A stretch of 63,897 nucleotides of DNA, filler included, from Octopus bimaculoides (taxonomy: Eukaryota): the NCBI RefSeq assembly GCF_001194135.2. It is 8 parts of 7 records of this genome, joined end to end, with 100 filler letters (N's around TTAATTAATTAA, not from the genome) between each part and the next. Parts side by side here need not be neighbours in the genome. Positions count along the whole stretch, not along the records: positions 1 to 19,121 come from NC_068982.1; 7 more parts are not named here. One strand, given 5' to 3'. The notes beneath the pieces were generated by a model. The model was not told the DNA's origin and did not search any database. It saw only the letters and a list, made by a program, of their open reading frames with translations. The translations under genes were made by a program, and so were the position numbers. This document shows, piece by piece, positions 1-11,728 of the stretch. Within the stretch, counting starts at the first letter, position 1, and each line of letters opens with the position of its first letter.

Positions 1-264
1 CTTTCTTATTTTTTCCGACCAGGCTCCCGTGGTTTTATGGGTTTTTCCACGTGTAACCTTGCCTTTTTCGAAGCGCCTCCCCCTTTGGGAGTTCTACTTA
101 TTTATTTATCTATTTATTTATTATATCTTTCTCCGTTTTCTTCCTGTTTAGACGAACTTTCCTACAAAACCTTTTGTAACCTTCGTCCTGTCTTTGTACT
201 TATATGTTTTTTATTGATATTAGCCCTTGTGGCCAATAAAACGAATTAATTATTATTATTATTA

Positions 265-296
<32 letters not shown>

Positions 297-326
297 GTTG
301 TTGTTGTTGTTGTTGTTGTTATTATT
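1..326 (+). mobile_element. Probable 3' UTR and (TTA)n/(TTG)n tail of a non-LTR retrotransposon
   Basis: T-rich segment ending ...cccttgtggccaataaaacgaa followed by (TTA)n. Resembles the 3' end of the L1/Tx1-like fragment at 29294-29830. Confidence 0.4.
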
Positions 327-344
327 AATGTGAGTGTGTGAGTG

Positions 345-349
345 AGAGA

Positions 350-438
<89 letters not shown>
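345..438. repeat. (GA)n microsatellite
   Basis: Direct reading. Confidence 0.98.
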
Positions 439-439
<1 letters not shown>

Positions 440-619
440 ACAAAAGAAAATTTAAACCATATTTTTATTCTTAGATGACTGAATTCCTTTAGTTACTCTG
501 CTGATTCTAATCATGGAGTTATATCCCTTGTGTTACTTGTGTTGGATAATATAATGAATTACTTCCCCTCGTTGTGTGATTTGATCGTTTGAAAACTAAC
601 TTCTCTAATCCATATTATA

Positions 620-2130
620 TAACTATATATATTAATTAAATTATAATCTAAGCAGTTTATTATAAGTAGTGAATATACAGGACAGAACACCATAGAAAAT
701 GAATGAAATAGCTTAAAAAATGATAAAGTATATGAAGCTTATTAACAACAATATAGAAGATTTATAGAAAATGTATAATAATTCAAAATATATTAAACTA
801 AAAAATATATATTTACTTATTTAGCTAGTATCAATAAAGACTGATACCTGGTATTAGCTAAAGGAATATTTATGTTATAGGACATTATAATTTTACACTA
901 TTTTTTAAAAACTAGGTGTTATATTATAGGTTTAAGAAGTTATTATTGTTACTCCATACATGATATTTATAGTTACTTAGGGGTACTTAATTAGAAGGGC
1001 TACTTATATAAAGGCCCTTGTAAATACTAAGATCAGGAGGGTAGAGCTCTTTAAGAAAGGGATAAATCAAGTAATTTCTAAAGGTCATTTCAAACAATAT
1101 TGTCATATTGTATAAAGTTAAACTTTAGGGTAGTCAAGAAGATTATAAAGAATGATATTATAACAAAAGGATAAAACTTCTTTGAATACTTTTGAGTATC
1201 TACCAAAATTTTACCACAATAGAGGGAGGAAAAGAAAATTACATAGAAACAGTTTAATATTTATACTTATTAGTTATCTAAATATTAACTTATTAGATGG
1301 TATCTATGGAGATTGATCAATTGGAATTTAACTGGTATCTAATAAAGGATCACTGAGGCAAAAGAACATGTTCACTATATACTAATTTAATTAAATTGAA
1401 TTATTTTAAGTTGTGGAGGTACCGGTATTGTCTTATATAAGCTAAGTATGAATTAATAGGAGTACAAAGATTAGATTTATTAGAGACTATTATAAAATAA
1501 TAAAATGATCAGTTAGAGTAGAGAGCACCATAGGAAAGGAATAAAGATAGCCTAATCACTAAAACCATTATAAAGTATATATACCTAATTAACTTCAATA
1601 GAGAAGATTTATAGAAAATGTATAATAATTTAAGTATTATGAACTAAAAGTTGTTTATTAACTTATTTCGCTTATTACAATCAAGACTGATACCTGGTAT
1701 TGGTTAAAAGAATATTGTTGTTAAAAGGACATGCTAATTATATACTAATATTATATTAAGAGGTATAATATAGGTTTTAAAAGTTATTAGTGTTAGTCCA
1801 TACATGGTATTATAGTTTCTTAGGGGTACTTAATTAGAAGGGCTGCTTGTATAAAGGCCAATATTAACACTAAGATCAGGAGGTTGGAACACCTTAAGAA
1901 AGGGATAAAAAACTTAATTACTAAAACTATTTTAAACAATATATCCATATTGTATAAAGTTAAAATTTAGGGTTATCAAGAAGATTTAGCATTGAAGTGA
2001 ATGAACAAATTTACTATAAATTAATTAAATTATAATCTAAGCAGTTTAATTCTAAGTTGTGAAGATACCCATATTGTTTTATATAAGCTAAGTATGAATT
2101 TATAAGGGGTACAAAAATTTGTGTCATACA
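620..2130. repeat. Diverged AT-rich tandem duplication, about 2.2 copies of a 630-840 bp unit
   Basis: Blocks cttaggggtacttaattagaagggct, gactgatacctggtatt and agaagatttatagaaaatgtataataatt each occur twice. aattaaattataatctaagcagttt recurs near 635 and 2022. Confidence 0.85.
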
Positions 2131-2178
2131 TGTATATTTTTGTAGATACTATATACAGATACGTACTCATATATATAT

Positions 2179-3992
2179 CGTCATCATCATCATCATCATC
2201 GTTTAACATCCACTTTCCATGCTGGCATGGATTGGACAGTTTGACTGGGGACTGGTGAGCCAGATGGCTGCACAAGGCTCCAATCTGATCTGGCAGAGTT
2301 TCTACAGCTGGATGCCCTTCCTAATGCCAACCACTCTGAGGGTGTAGTGGGTGCTTTTACTTGCCACAGGCATGAGGAGCAGTCAGTTGGTACTGGCAAC
2401 AGCCATGCTCAAATGGTGTTTTTTACGTGTCACCTGCACAGCAGCCAGTCCAGTGGCACTGGCAATGTTCTCGCTTGAATGTTGTTTTTCGCATACCACC
2501 AGCACAAGTGCCAGTAATGTGAAGTTGGTAATGATCATGCTCGAATGGTGCTTTTTACGTGCCACCGGCATGGGGGCCAGTCAGCGGCTCTGGCAATGAT
2601 CACACTCAGATGGTGCTCTTAGCACTCCACTAGCACAGATGCCAGTCATGCAGTGCTGTCATTGAATTTGATTTCAATTTCACTTGCCTCAACAGGTCTT
2701 TGCAAGCAGAGTTTAGTGTCCAATGAAAGAGAGGTATGCCTAAGTGGGCTGGTTACACCCCTGGCATAGGCCACGGGTTATGGTCTCACTTGGCTTGCTG
2801 GGTCTTCTCAAGCACAGCATATTTCCAAAGGTCCTGGTTACTAGTCATTGCTTTGGTGAGGTCTAATGTTCGAAGGTTGTGCTTCACCACATCATCCCAG
2901 GTCTTCCTGGGTCTACCTCTTCTACATTTTCCCTCAACTGCTAGGGTGTGACACTTTTTCACACAGCTATCCTCATCCATTCGCACTACACGACCATACA
3001 AGTGCAGTCATTTCTCTTGCACACCACATCTGATGCTTCTTAGGTCCAACTTTTCTCTCAAGGCACTTATACTCTGTTGAGTATGCACACTGACATTACA
3101 CATCCTGTGGAGCATACTGGCTTCGTTCCTTGCAAGCTTACGCATGTCCTTAGCAGTCACAGTTGATGCTTCACTGCCATGTAGCATGGCTGTTCATACA
3201 CATGCATCATACAGTCTACTTTTTACTCTGAGCGAGAAGCCCTTTGTCACCAGCAGAGCTACACTTTCAGAGCACCCACCCTTGCTACTGACTTGGTCAC
3301 CCAGATAGCGGAAGCTATCAACTACATCTAGTTTTTCTCCCTGGAATGTGGCAGAAGTTGTTCTCTGCACATTTTCAGTGTTTATTGCTCCTGAGCATCT
3401 ACCACATACAAAAACTATCTTCCTAGTTAGCCTTCCTTTGATATTACTGCACCTCTTATGTGTCTATAGCTTACACTGAGTACATCATATAGAGTTTCTA
3501 CCTATGCCTTTTCTACAGATCGAGCAGAGCCATCTACCTGAAGGGGTTTGTGGTTTGTCTGCCTTCCTACTTATTAGAACTTTGGTTTTAGCTAGGTTGA
3601 CTATAAGGCCCTTTGATTCTAATTCTTGCTTCCACACCTGAAACTTCTCCTCTAGTTCTGATAGTGCCTCAGCAATTAGAGCAAGGTTATCAACATAGAG
3701 GAGCTCCCAGGGGCATCCTGTCTTGAATTCTTCTGTTATTGCCTGGAGGACTATGATAAATAGGAGGGGGTTGAGGGCTGAACCTTGGTGGACCCCTACC
3801 TCTACCCGGAATTCTTCACTGGTCAACGAAAGCCAGGTACAGAGGTTTATCTTTGGCTAGGCATTTCTCCTGCAGCTGTCTTACCAGGAATATAGCATCA
3901 GTGGTGCTTTTCCCTAGCATGAACCCAAACTGCATCTCATCTAAACTGACTCTCTCCCTAATTAGTTGGGCTATGACCCTCTCCGTGACCTG
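2179..3992 (-). mobile_element. RTE-clade LINE, decayed and internally deleted (RT, PHD-like insert, C-terminus, 3' UTR, (GAT)n tail)
   Basis: Minus-strand peptides QFGFMLGKSTTDAIFLVRQLQEK, GVHQGSALNPLLFIIVL, LLYVDNL (mutated YADD), FRYLGD and RRGRPRKTW, with a (GAT)n tail at 2179-2200. Confidence 0.92.
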
Positions 3993-4076
3993 AGTACGTA
4001 TCTGTATATAGTATATACAAAAATATACATGTATGACACACACACACACGTGTGTGTGTGAGTGTATGTATGTATG

Positions 4077-4107
<31 letters not shown>

Positions 4108-4760
4108 ATATATATATATATATATGTATGTATATATATCTTCTTATTGTTGCAGCTGTTTCTCGTATTCCAAGATATCAATTTCTCCCTGCCAAAGGAT
4201 ATATCGGCAAGAAGGAATATGTTTGGCCTAGATTTGTTTGCGATGAATTCCAACTTGCCAGGGGGTGACCCACTCACTTTAGTTTCAGGACAAATCTCTG
4301 TGGTGTATGTAGAATGAAGCTGACTTGGTTGTCATTTCGTGTGGCATACTCATACCCAGACCGTCTAGTGCTGTTGTTTATTTATGTGTTTGCTCCATCG
4401 TTGGGCTCCTTAAAATGGGTCGCGTTCAGTCTGGGTTCTCTTTTTCAACCTTACAGTCTCCTATCAGGGCAGCCTACATACATACATACATACATACATG
4501 CATACATGCATGTCTAGACATGGAACTATATGCATCAGAATACATACATAAAACAAAACATACAAATCTGCACATGTGCTGTCTCCAAATACTGCAAATA
4601 TGCACAACTACATGCAAAATATCCCTTTGATGTTGTTGAGATTCCAATGAAGGAGTCTTGGATCTAGGTTAGAAACCAACTCTTTCGCTATTGGCAAGAA
4701 ATCTTAAATAAAACTGAACAATGACATACATGCATATACATATGTATCCCTATGTATATA

Positions 4761-4948
4761 CATCATCATCATCATCATCATCATCATTTAATGCCCGCTT
4801 TCCATGCTAGCATGGGTTGGACGATTTGACTGAGGACTGGTGAACCAGATGGCTACACCAGGCTCCAATCTGATTTGGCAGATTTTCTACAGCTGGATGC
4901 CCTTCCTAATGCCAACCACTCCAAGAGTGTAGTGGGTGCTTTTACATG
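4761..4948 (-). mobile_element. RTE-type 3' end with (GAT)n tail
   Basis: Same sequence as 2180-2360 (ctacagctggatgcccttcctaatgccaaccact). Confidence 0.85.
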
Positions 4949-5701
4949 CTGCACTCACATATTCATATGTGTGTGTGTGTGTGAATACACACATACAAAC
5001 ACACACACACACGCGCGCACACTAGTTTAATAAGATTTGGGTAAAACCCTTGTAAAATGCTATGCCAAGGTCGTCCGCAATTATTGGCTACTCGATGTCA
5101 TCATACAGTGGAAATGCTATGAAATTCCTGATGTGGATATACATCAGGAATTCCATACTATCCGTAGAGTTTATATAAATAGATAAATGCATATATAGAT
5201 ACATAGATACATCGATACATACATATATGTGTGTATGTATAACTATCTATCTATCTATCTAATTATCCGAGTCTATCGTAAATATTGTCGCGCCTCCTTC
5301 CTTGAAACGGGAAGGAAGAGCCATTTTCATCGTACTTGTGGCTATGGCGAAAGAATGTGTATGGTGTTCGCATCTAAAAGGTCTAGAGACAAACACTTTC
5401 CTCTCTGGTGAATCTCTCATCAACTTCTGGTACTTATTTTATCAACTCCAAAAGAATGAAAGGCAAAACCAACCTCGGCAGAATTTGAATAACCAACTAA
5501 ATATTGACTTATTAACACTAATTAAGACCCTCTTCGGTCTTGAATGACCAAGGGATTGCACCTAGAAAGTTACCCTCCGAGGTACAAGTCCGAGCAAGGT
5601 TGTTTATAGAAGACCAGCAGTCGCCCATGCATACCAGCCTCCTCCCTCCACGCCACAAATGTGATCCAAGGGAAAGGCAAAGGCCGATACAGCTTGGTAC
5701 T

Positions 5702-6362
5702 CAGCACTGGATAAACCATTAAGCAAAATAAGCACGTGCTTAGGGCGTCAAGGAAGGGAGGGTGCACCACAGAAATAGTTAAGGCGGCTAGCTGGCAGAA
5801 ACGTTAGCACGCCGGGTGAAATGTTTAGTGGTATTTCGTCTGCCGTTACGTTCTGAGTTCAAATTCCGCCGAGGTCGACTTTGCCTTTCATCCTTTCGGG
5901 GTCGATAAATTAAGTACCAGTTACGCACTGGGGTCGNNNNNNNNNNNNNNNNNNNNNNNNNNNNNNNNNNNNNNNNNNNNNNNNNNNNNNNNNNNNNNNN
6001 NNNNNNNNNNNNNNNNNNNNNNNNNNNNNNNAAGAAATCACTTTAAACTTACGAAAATGATATTCGGGATGCCTTTATCTCTACTAAGTATAGATGCAGA
6101 TGTTATCTAAGATTAACTTTGAGAATCTGATCAAAGACTTAGCGATTCAAAAAAAAAATAGGAGGAAACTTTTCAATTATAAATAAAATGGAAATATACA
6201 AAAATAAGCATTATTTTCCCTCTTACTGTTTTGTTTTGTTTTGAAAAATAAAAGTTTATTTTATGGTTTGTTATTGTTTATATTTTGAATTACTTAATCT
6301 TTTATGGGGGCAGCAACATCTTTTAAGTGCTTAGGGCCTCGATGGGTCTTAATCCGGCCCTG
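5702..6362. mobile_element. hAT-type MITE with degenerate TIRs and an 8-bp TSD
   Basis: Ends are cagcactggataaac and cttaatccggccctg. Flanks ttggtact and ttagcatc both derive from host ttggcacc. Confidence 0.6.
5783..5936 (+). mobile_element. tRNA-derived SINE, nested and cut by a gap
   Basis: A-box-like tggcagaaacgttag, B-box gagttcaaattcc, and core gtcgactttgcctttcatcctttcggggtcgataaattaagtacc repeated across the window. Confidence 0.85.
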
Positions 6363-8305
6363 TTAGCATCAGTGACGTCGCAACTTATTTCTACATCCGA
6401 GTGAAATAGAGCAACGTGAAACAGAGTGTTTTGCTGAAGAACCCAACACACAACCAGGTCCTGAAACCGAACTCACTTCCTCGTGATTGTGAGCCCGCTG
6501 CTTTAACTCTGGAGCCATGCGCCTTCACTGTATTAACACAACTCGTTTTATTATCGCAGTTAAGAAGGAGTCTCTTCATGGCCTCTTGAATTGCTACAAA
6601 TATATAACAACCTAATCTCTCTTCAAAAATAAAACATAAACATGATCGTCAGGAAGCGATTTTTATCATAGATTCGATCGATCAAAGCTGACTTAGGATA
6701 AATGACAAAGCAATGACGATCACCACTTAGACGACATCGAGTATTCTTGAAAATTACTTGAAGATTCAAGTGTTGAGTGTAGAACAGATGATGTGAGTGT
6801 GTGTGACTCAGCAAGGTTAACGAGAGAAATATGCATCGAGTGGGTCCGAATAGAAGTGGTTTGCAAATAGCTAGTTCATAGCATCGAGTACTAACGTATA
6901 GAGATGTGACAAGATAATACCTCTTAGTTTGAGGTGCAACGTCATTCGGTACTTCGCTCCAGTTAAACTAACGAACTAGATAGCTAACTAACTAACTAAC
7001 TAACTAACTAAATAAATAAATAATGGAACTGCGACAACATAAATAATTCCAACCCACGGCAAAATATCCTGATTCCTTGGATTTCACACAAATCCTTTGT
7101 CTCACCACTCTTTAACCAAAATGAACCAAGATAAAAGTTCCGGATTTGCTATAAGCTTTGGTCCCTAACTTTGTACTCCATGTATTCAACAAAACCCTTA
7201 CTACCTACATGTAGTCGTCACGTACAAAAATTAACCATGGAGTCCAAATGATCAACTAGCTAGAAATATCAACGAAATTGCACTTTGCATTCTTAAATAA
7301 GGGAAACAGCATTGTTGTGTCTGATATCGAAAGACATGGCTGGAATACCTTGACAGTATGTTCTCTCAATTAGCTTCGATCATGCTGATTCAGCATGCAA
7401 CCAGTCCCAATAGCACCCCTCCTATCCATCTGAAACAGTGCTCTCTACGTTTGCCCTTATCTTGGCCAAATTATTCAACTTCAGTCCCAGTTGCAAATTA
7501 TCAACTACGAAATTAAAGTTAATTGGTAATTTTAATCCGAGAATGCAGTGAGTAGGGGGTTCTGGTCTTTGGTTAGTAGGCGAAACAACGCTGGACATGT
7601 TACGGTTTTATCAGTAAAGCAAAGTTTTAATTGTATTCACCGGCCCTTGTTATGACTGTAGCAGCAACCGGTTTCTAAGACTTAATTACCGAACTGGTAA
7701 CCGATGTCACAGCATCAAAAGAGTATAAAAAGAAAAGGAAATAATGAGATCTAACGGTCAATCGATGCTAAAGAGTCAAAGTTAATCTACACGAATACAG
7801 CAAACACCTAACACTCCAAACTAAACAGGCTCCTAAGATCTGACCAATAACAGGCTTCTGAAGCAGTAACAGTAGACTTGTATCAGGGACTTGGTAGTAC
7901 GTATACAGTGAAAATTTCGACGCCTCATGAAAAAAATTTTAATTTAGAGTGAATTTTACAACTTCATGAGTTACTAAATGGATTTGCTTCATGTAGTTGC
8001 TTAGGTTTCAACGCGCAGTCTCAGATCAAAGTCATTTGCTAAACAAGCAAACTTCCGAAATGTAAAAAGAACAAAACCTGATAACGACACCTCCGTAGGT
8101 GTCACCTTACCTGCTAACAAAGATCAGATTTTCCGTCTCAGAACGAAAATTCTATTCTCGGTAAAATCAATTCTAAATCCGTTGATATTTTCAGTATCAT
8201 CTCTATTTTTCTTCTAGAGTCGCCAACAATTGTCACACACTTTTAGTTTCTTTTCTCCAACTAAAAGTCCAAATATTAAATCATTTAATATTACTTTAGA
8301 TCCAG

Positions 8306-8799
8306 AAGGCAGCAAGCTAGCAGGATCGTTAGTACGCTGGGCAAAATGCTTAGCGGCATTTCCTCTATCTTTACGTTCTGAGTTCAAATTCCGCCGAGAT
8401 TGAATTTGCTTTTTCATCCCTTCGGGTCAATAAATTAGGTANNNNNNNNNNNNNNNNNNNNNNNNNNNNNNNNNNNNNNNNNNNNNNNNNNNNNNNNNNN
8501 NNNNNNNNNNNNNNNNNNNNNNNNNNNNNNNNNNNNNNNNNNNNNNNNNNNNNNNNNNNNNNNNNNNNNNNNNNNNNNNNNNNNNNNNNNNNNNNNNNNN
8601 NNNNNNNNNNNNNNNNNNNNNNNNNNNNNNNNNNNNNNNNNNNNNNNNNNNNNNNNNNNNNNNNNNNNNNNNNNNNNNNNNNNNNNNNNNNGGTCGACTT
8701 TGCCTTTCATCCTTTCGGGGTCGATAAATTAAGTACCAGTTGCGTACTAGGGTCGAACTAATCGACTGGCCCCCTCCCCCCACATTTCGGGCCTTGTGC
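8306..8799 (+). mobile_element. Same tRNA-SINE family, two pieces flanking a gap
   Basis: Head at 8306-8441 and core/tail at 8692-8799. Confidence 0.8.
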
Positions 8800-8809
8800 T
8801 TTAGCATCC

Positions 8810-10379
8810 ACTCGTTAAATGTTTCAAGATATTGTGCCCATCCAGTTGTGGTGGTTTTGTAAGAGATTTCAAATAGGATCAAGCCTCGACCTCCTTGAGC
8901 TGTGGGTAGGTAAAGACGATCTGCGCCTGCGTTTGGGTGGTGTATCTTATTGCAAGTCAGCAGTTTACGGATTTTCCTGTCAATCTTCCTTATTTCGCTC
9001 ATATTCCAATTCAACACATTGGAACTAAATAACAACTAGAACTGCTAAGGAATTTATAGCTAACACTTTGTTACATGCATTTTCATTGTATGTCTTTTCA
9101 TCACTCCAGATATTTTTCCAAAAATTTTCAACTTCTTCCACGGGAGGAGGGGTGGGGGTCTTCAACGGTTATCTTCTCCTTCCCTATTTCTCTGTAGAAT
9201 GTTTTCGCATTGGATGTGAACAGTTTATTTTGATTGTAAAACCTGTTTCTCTTCTCAAATCTCCGTGTTCTTTGAGCTTTTGCTTGCACTTTTGTTGCAG
9301 TGTTTCTTTTGCTGAAAGCAGTTCTTCTCTCTGTGAGAATCTATGTTTTCTCTTCATCTTTCTTCCTTTTCTGGATTTTATATCGTTTCCACAGATTAGT
9401 TCATTCAATATCGATATTTCACCTCTCATTATTTGAATCACTTTTTCAACTTTACTTTTCTAGTTTGGATTTCTTCTTGGGTTTGTATTTCTTTGTTTTC
9501 AATTGTCTTAGCAGTTGCGTAAATAATTTTGTTTAGTTCAATGAGATCTGGTTTTAGTTCTTGTATAATTTCTTTTGTTACATAGGTTCCAATTTTAATT
9601 TGTTTTCTATTTTGGACTACATTTGAGAATTTATGAAGTGTTTCCCTATCATGCATATGGGCGTGCCTTACAACTGAAAGCATATTCAGTATTTTCTGCT
9701 TCATTTCTATCATGGACTCTCAATGTTCTTCAGTAAATGTCTAGTCTTCAAATATTGTTTCTTTACCACTTTTCTCGCTATCTTTATCAGGTTCATTACA
9801 ATTTATTTCTTCAGACATTTCCGTGTTCTGGTCAGATGGCAGTCTTTCAGTTGAGACTTGTGTAGAGTTGCTCTCTTCGTCTGGTTTTTCATTTCCTTCT
9901 GTCTTATATTTAGGTCATTTTCCGCTACGCGCTTGATCGTGGTTATTTCACTATCTGTGAGTCTTTTATTTCTGAGGATATCTCTCCTAACATTTGCTAA
10001 CTTGTTTTCGTCCAAATATAGCCTGCTGTCTTGATTTTGTATTCTCCATAGTTGATAAGAGTGTGCGGAGTGTTTCTCTTCAGTTGGTCTGCCTAATGCA
10101 TAGTAATAGGCGTATATTACTTCTGTATACTCTTCTCAGGTTCATTTGATCCTCTTACATTTTCTTTCTGTGATGGGTGTGGTGGTGGACTTGGGGGCTC
10201 GAATTGGGGTATTTCCCGTTCAAGCGACCATCTAGATTCGTATCTAGAGAAAAGTTTGTGCCAGTTGATGACTTTTCGACCCCAGGCTGGCTCTCTCCTG
10301 GAGCACACGCTTCCAGATTAACCATAAGACAAGCGATTTGGTGTACTATTGTAGTTTTCCCTTTTGTTTCGTAAGACAT
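8810..10379 (-). mobile_element. R4/Dong-like (restriction-like endonuclease) LINE: N-terminal ORF joined to the post-RT region, RT core deleted
   Basis: Peptides EEYTEVIYAYYYALG...DENKLANVRRDILRNKRLTDSEI and NKVLAINSLAV...IRKIDRKIRKLLTCNKIHHPNAGADRLYLPTAQGGRGL, with frameshifts and stops. Confidence 0.8.
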
Positions 10380-11099
10380 AATTGTGCTACATTAAAATTA
10401 TTAGTATTGAGCCCTGTGTGGAAGATGTAGAGACGGTTGTTGTTAGTTACCGTCAATAGTGCCTTGATCTGTACCGTTGTGGCTAACATTTGTAGCCATG
10501 GCGACAGTATAACCGTTATTTAGTTAAGCCTGCCATCTTTGCTCCTATTATTGTGTGGTATTGTTAAATGCAGTTTAGTTTCGACTTTTGCCTTGTACTT
10601 GAGATAATCATAAATATGTGAGGGCTGGAGGACATAGTGGGAGGAAGAGAAGCAGCTTGGTGAATAGACCAAATTCTACAGGTCTATAAATAACTTCGGC
10701 AGATGGTGAGAAGGAGATCAACAATGGGGGCTTTGCATTCCTGTGCACTCAGGGAACAAAAGAAGTGTCACACACTTGCGGTCAGCTGAGGTCAAGTGTG
10801 TTTACTACAACTAGCAATCAACGAGAGCGCTAACCTTGGCCTTGGAAAAAACCATTTCACCCTGTTCTGTTTTTATTGCTGATAGTAAAAAATAATAATA
10901 TATATACACTGATATTTACATCGTTGAATTTTTGAATTTTTTGAATTTTTCTCTTCTTTTTATAGGTTTTGCTGTGGTTTACAGTTTTCGTAATTGTGCA
11001 GTTTGTATATATTAGCTGGTGCTTATCTCCTTAATTTTTATCGTGCGTTTAATAGTGTTGCTGCAATAAAAGGTAGTTAGGGAGAAAAGAAGGGTAAGA

Positions 11100-11639
11100 T
11101 TGTAACAGAAAATAGTAGATATCAAAGTGACACTGGGGTAAAATATACGAAGCCCAATACACCCATCATGACTAAGGGTGCACCAAGCACATGCATCACA
11201 ACTATATGTGCGCGACATGGTGATCTCATATCAAGATAAAGAGCACATGACCTTGTAGGTGGGGGCCCAGTTAGAATTTTCTTCAGGTCAAATAGCCCAT
11301 CTCTCTCAAATGGTCCTTGAATAAGGGTTGTTTAAGGATGTTGAACGAAACACGTATGTTTCCTGAGGTGAATTATTCAAACTCAAAAAACCCCCCTCTC
11401 AACACATGGCTGTGATGCTCCCCCACTACTGCTCGTGATTAGAGATGCACATCGTCAGCCGCTAAGAGACATGCTAAACTGGTTAAGGTCAAACAACTGA
11501 CAAGCAAATCTGTGGTATTGAGCAGAATATTTGCTGTAGCTCATCTTTTTATACCAAAACAAAACAATGTACACGATAACACTTCCAATCAGTTAAGATC
11601 AAAAGCCATGAAAGCCACTGCCTGGTACTGCATCAGGGC

Positions 11640-11728
<89 letters not shown>
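11100..11728 (+). mobile_element. Interspersed repeat with (TTA)n(TAG)n tail, class unresolved
   Basis: Reverse-complement copy at about 19222-19805 (gacaagcaaatctgtggtattgagcagaatatttgctgtagc). Confidence 0.75.

Larger units (their letters stand above)
5510..6527 (-). mobile_element. tRNA-headed SINE interrupted by a MITE
   Basis: tRNA-like head on the minus strand at about 6455-6527. The body (gatacagcttgg...cagtgacgtcgcaac) is split at 5701/6363 and is contiguous in the copy near 32690-32760. Confidence 0.7.

Noticed and set aside
8100-8215. Strong minus-strand splice donor CAG|GTAAGG
   Set aside because: All three upstream frames contain stops; the site alone is not evidence.
10380-10900. 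Possible HDV-like ribozyme in the 5' UTR of the RLE element
   Set aside because: I could not identify the nested pseudoknot by eye; a descriptor search is needed.
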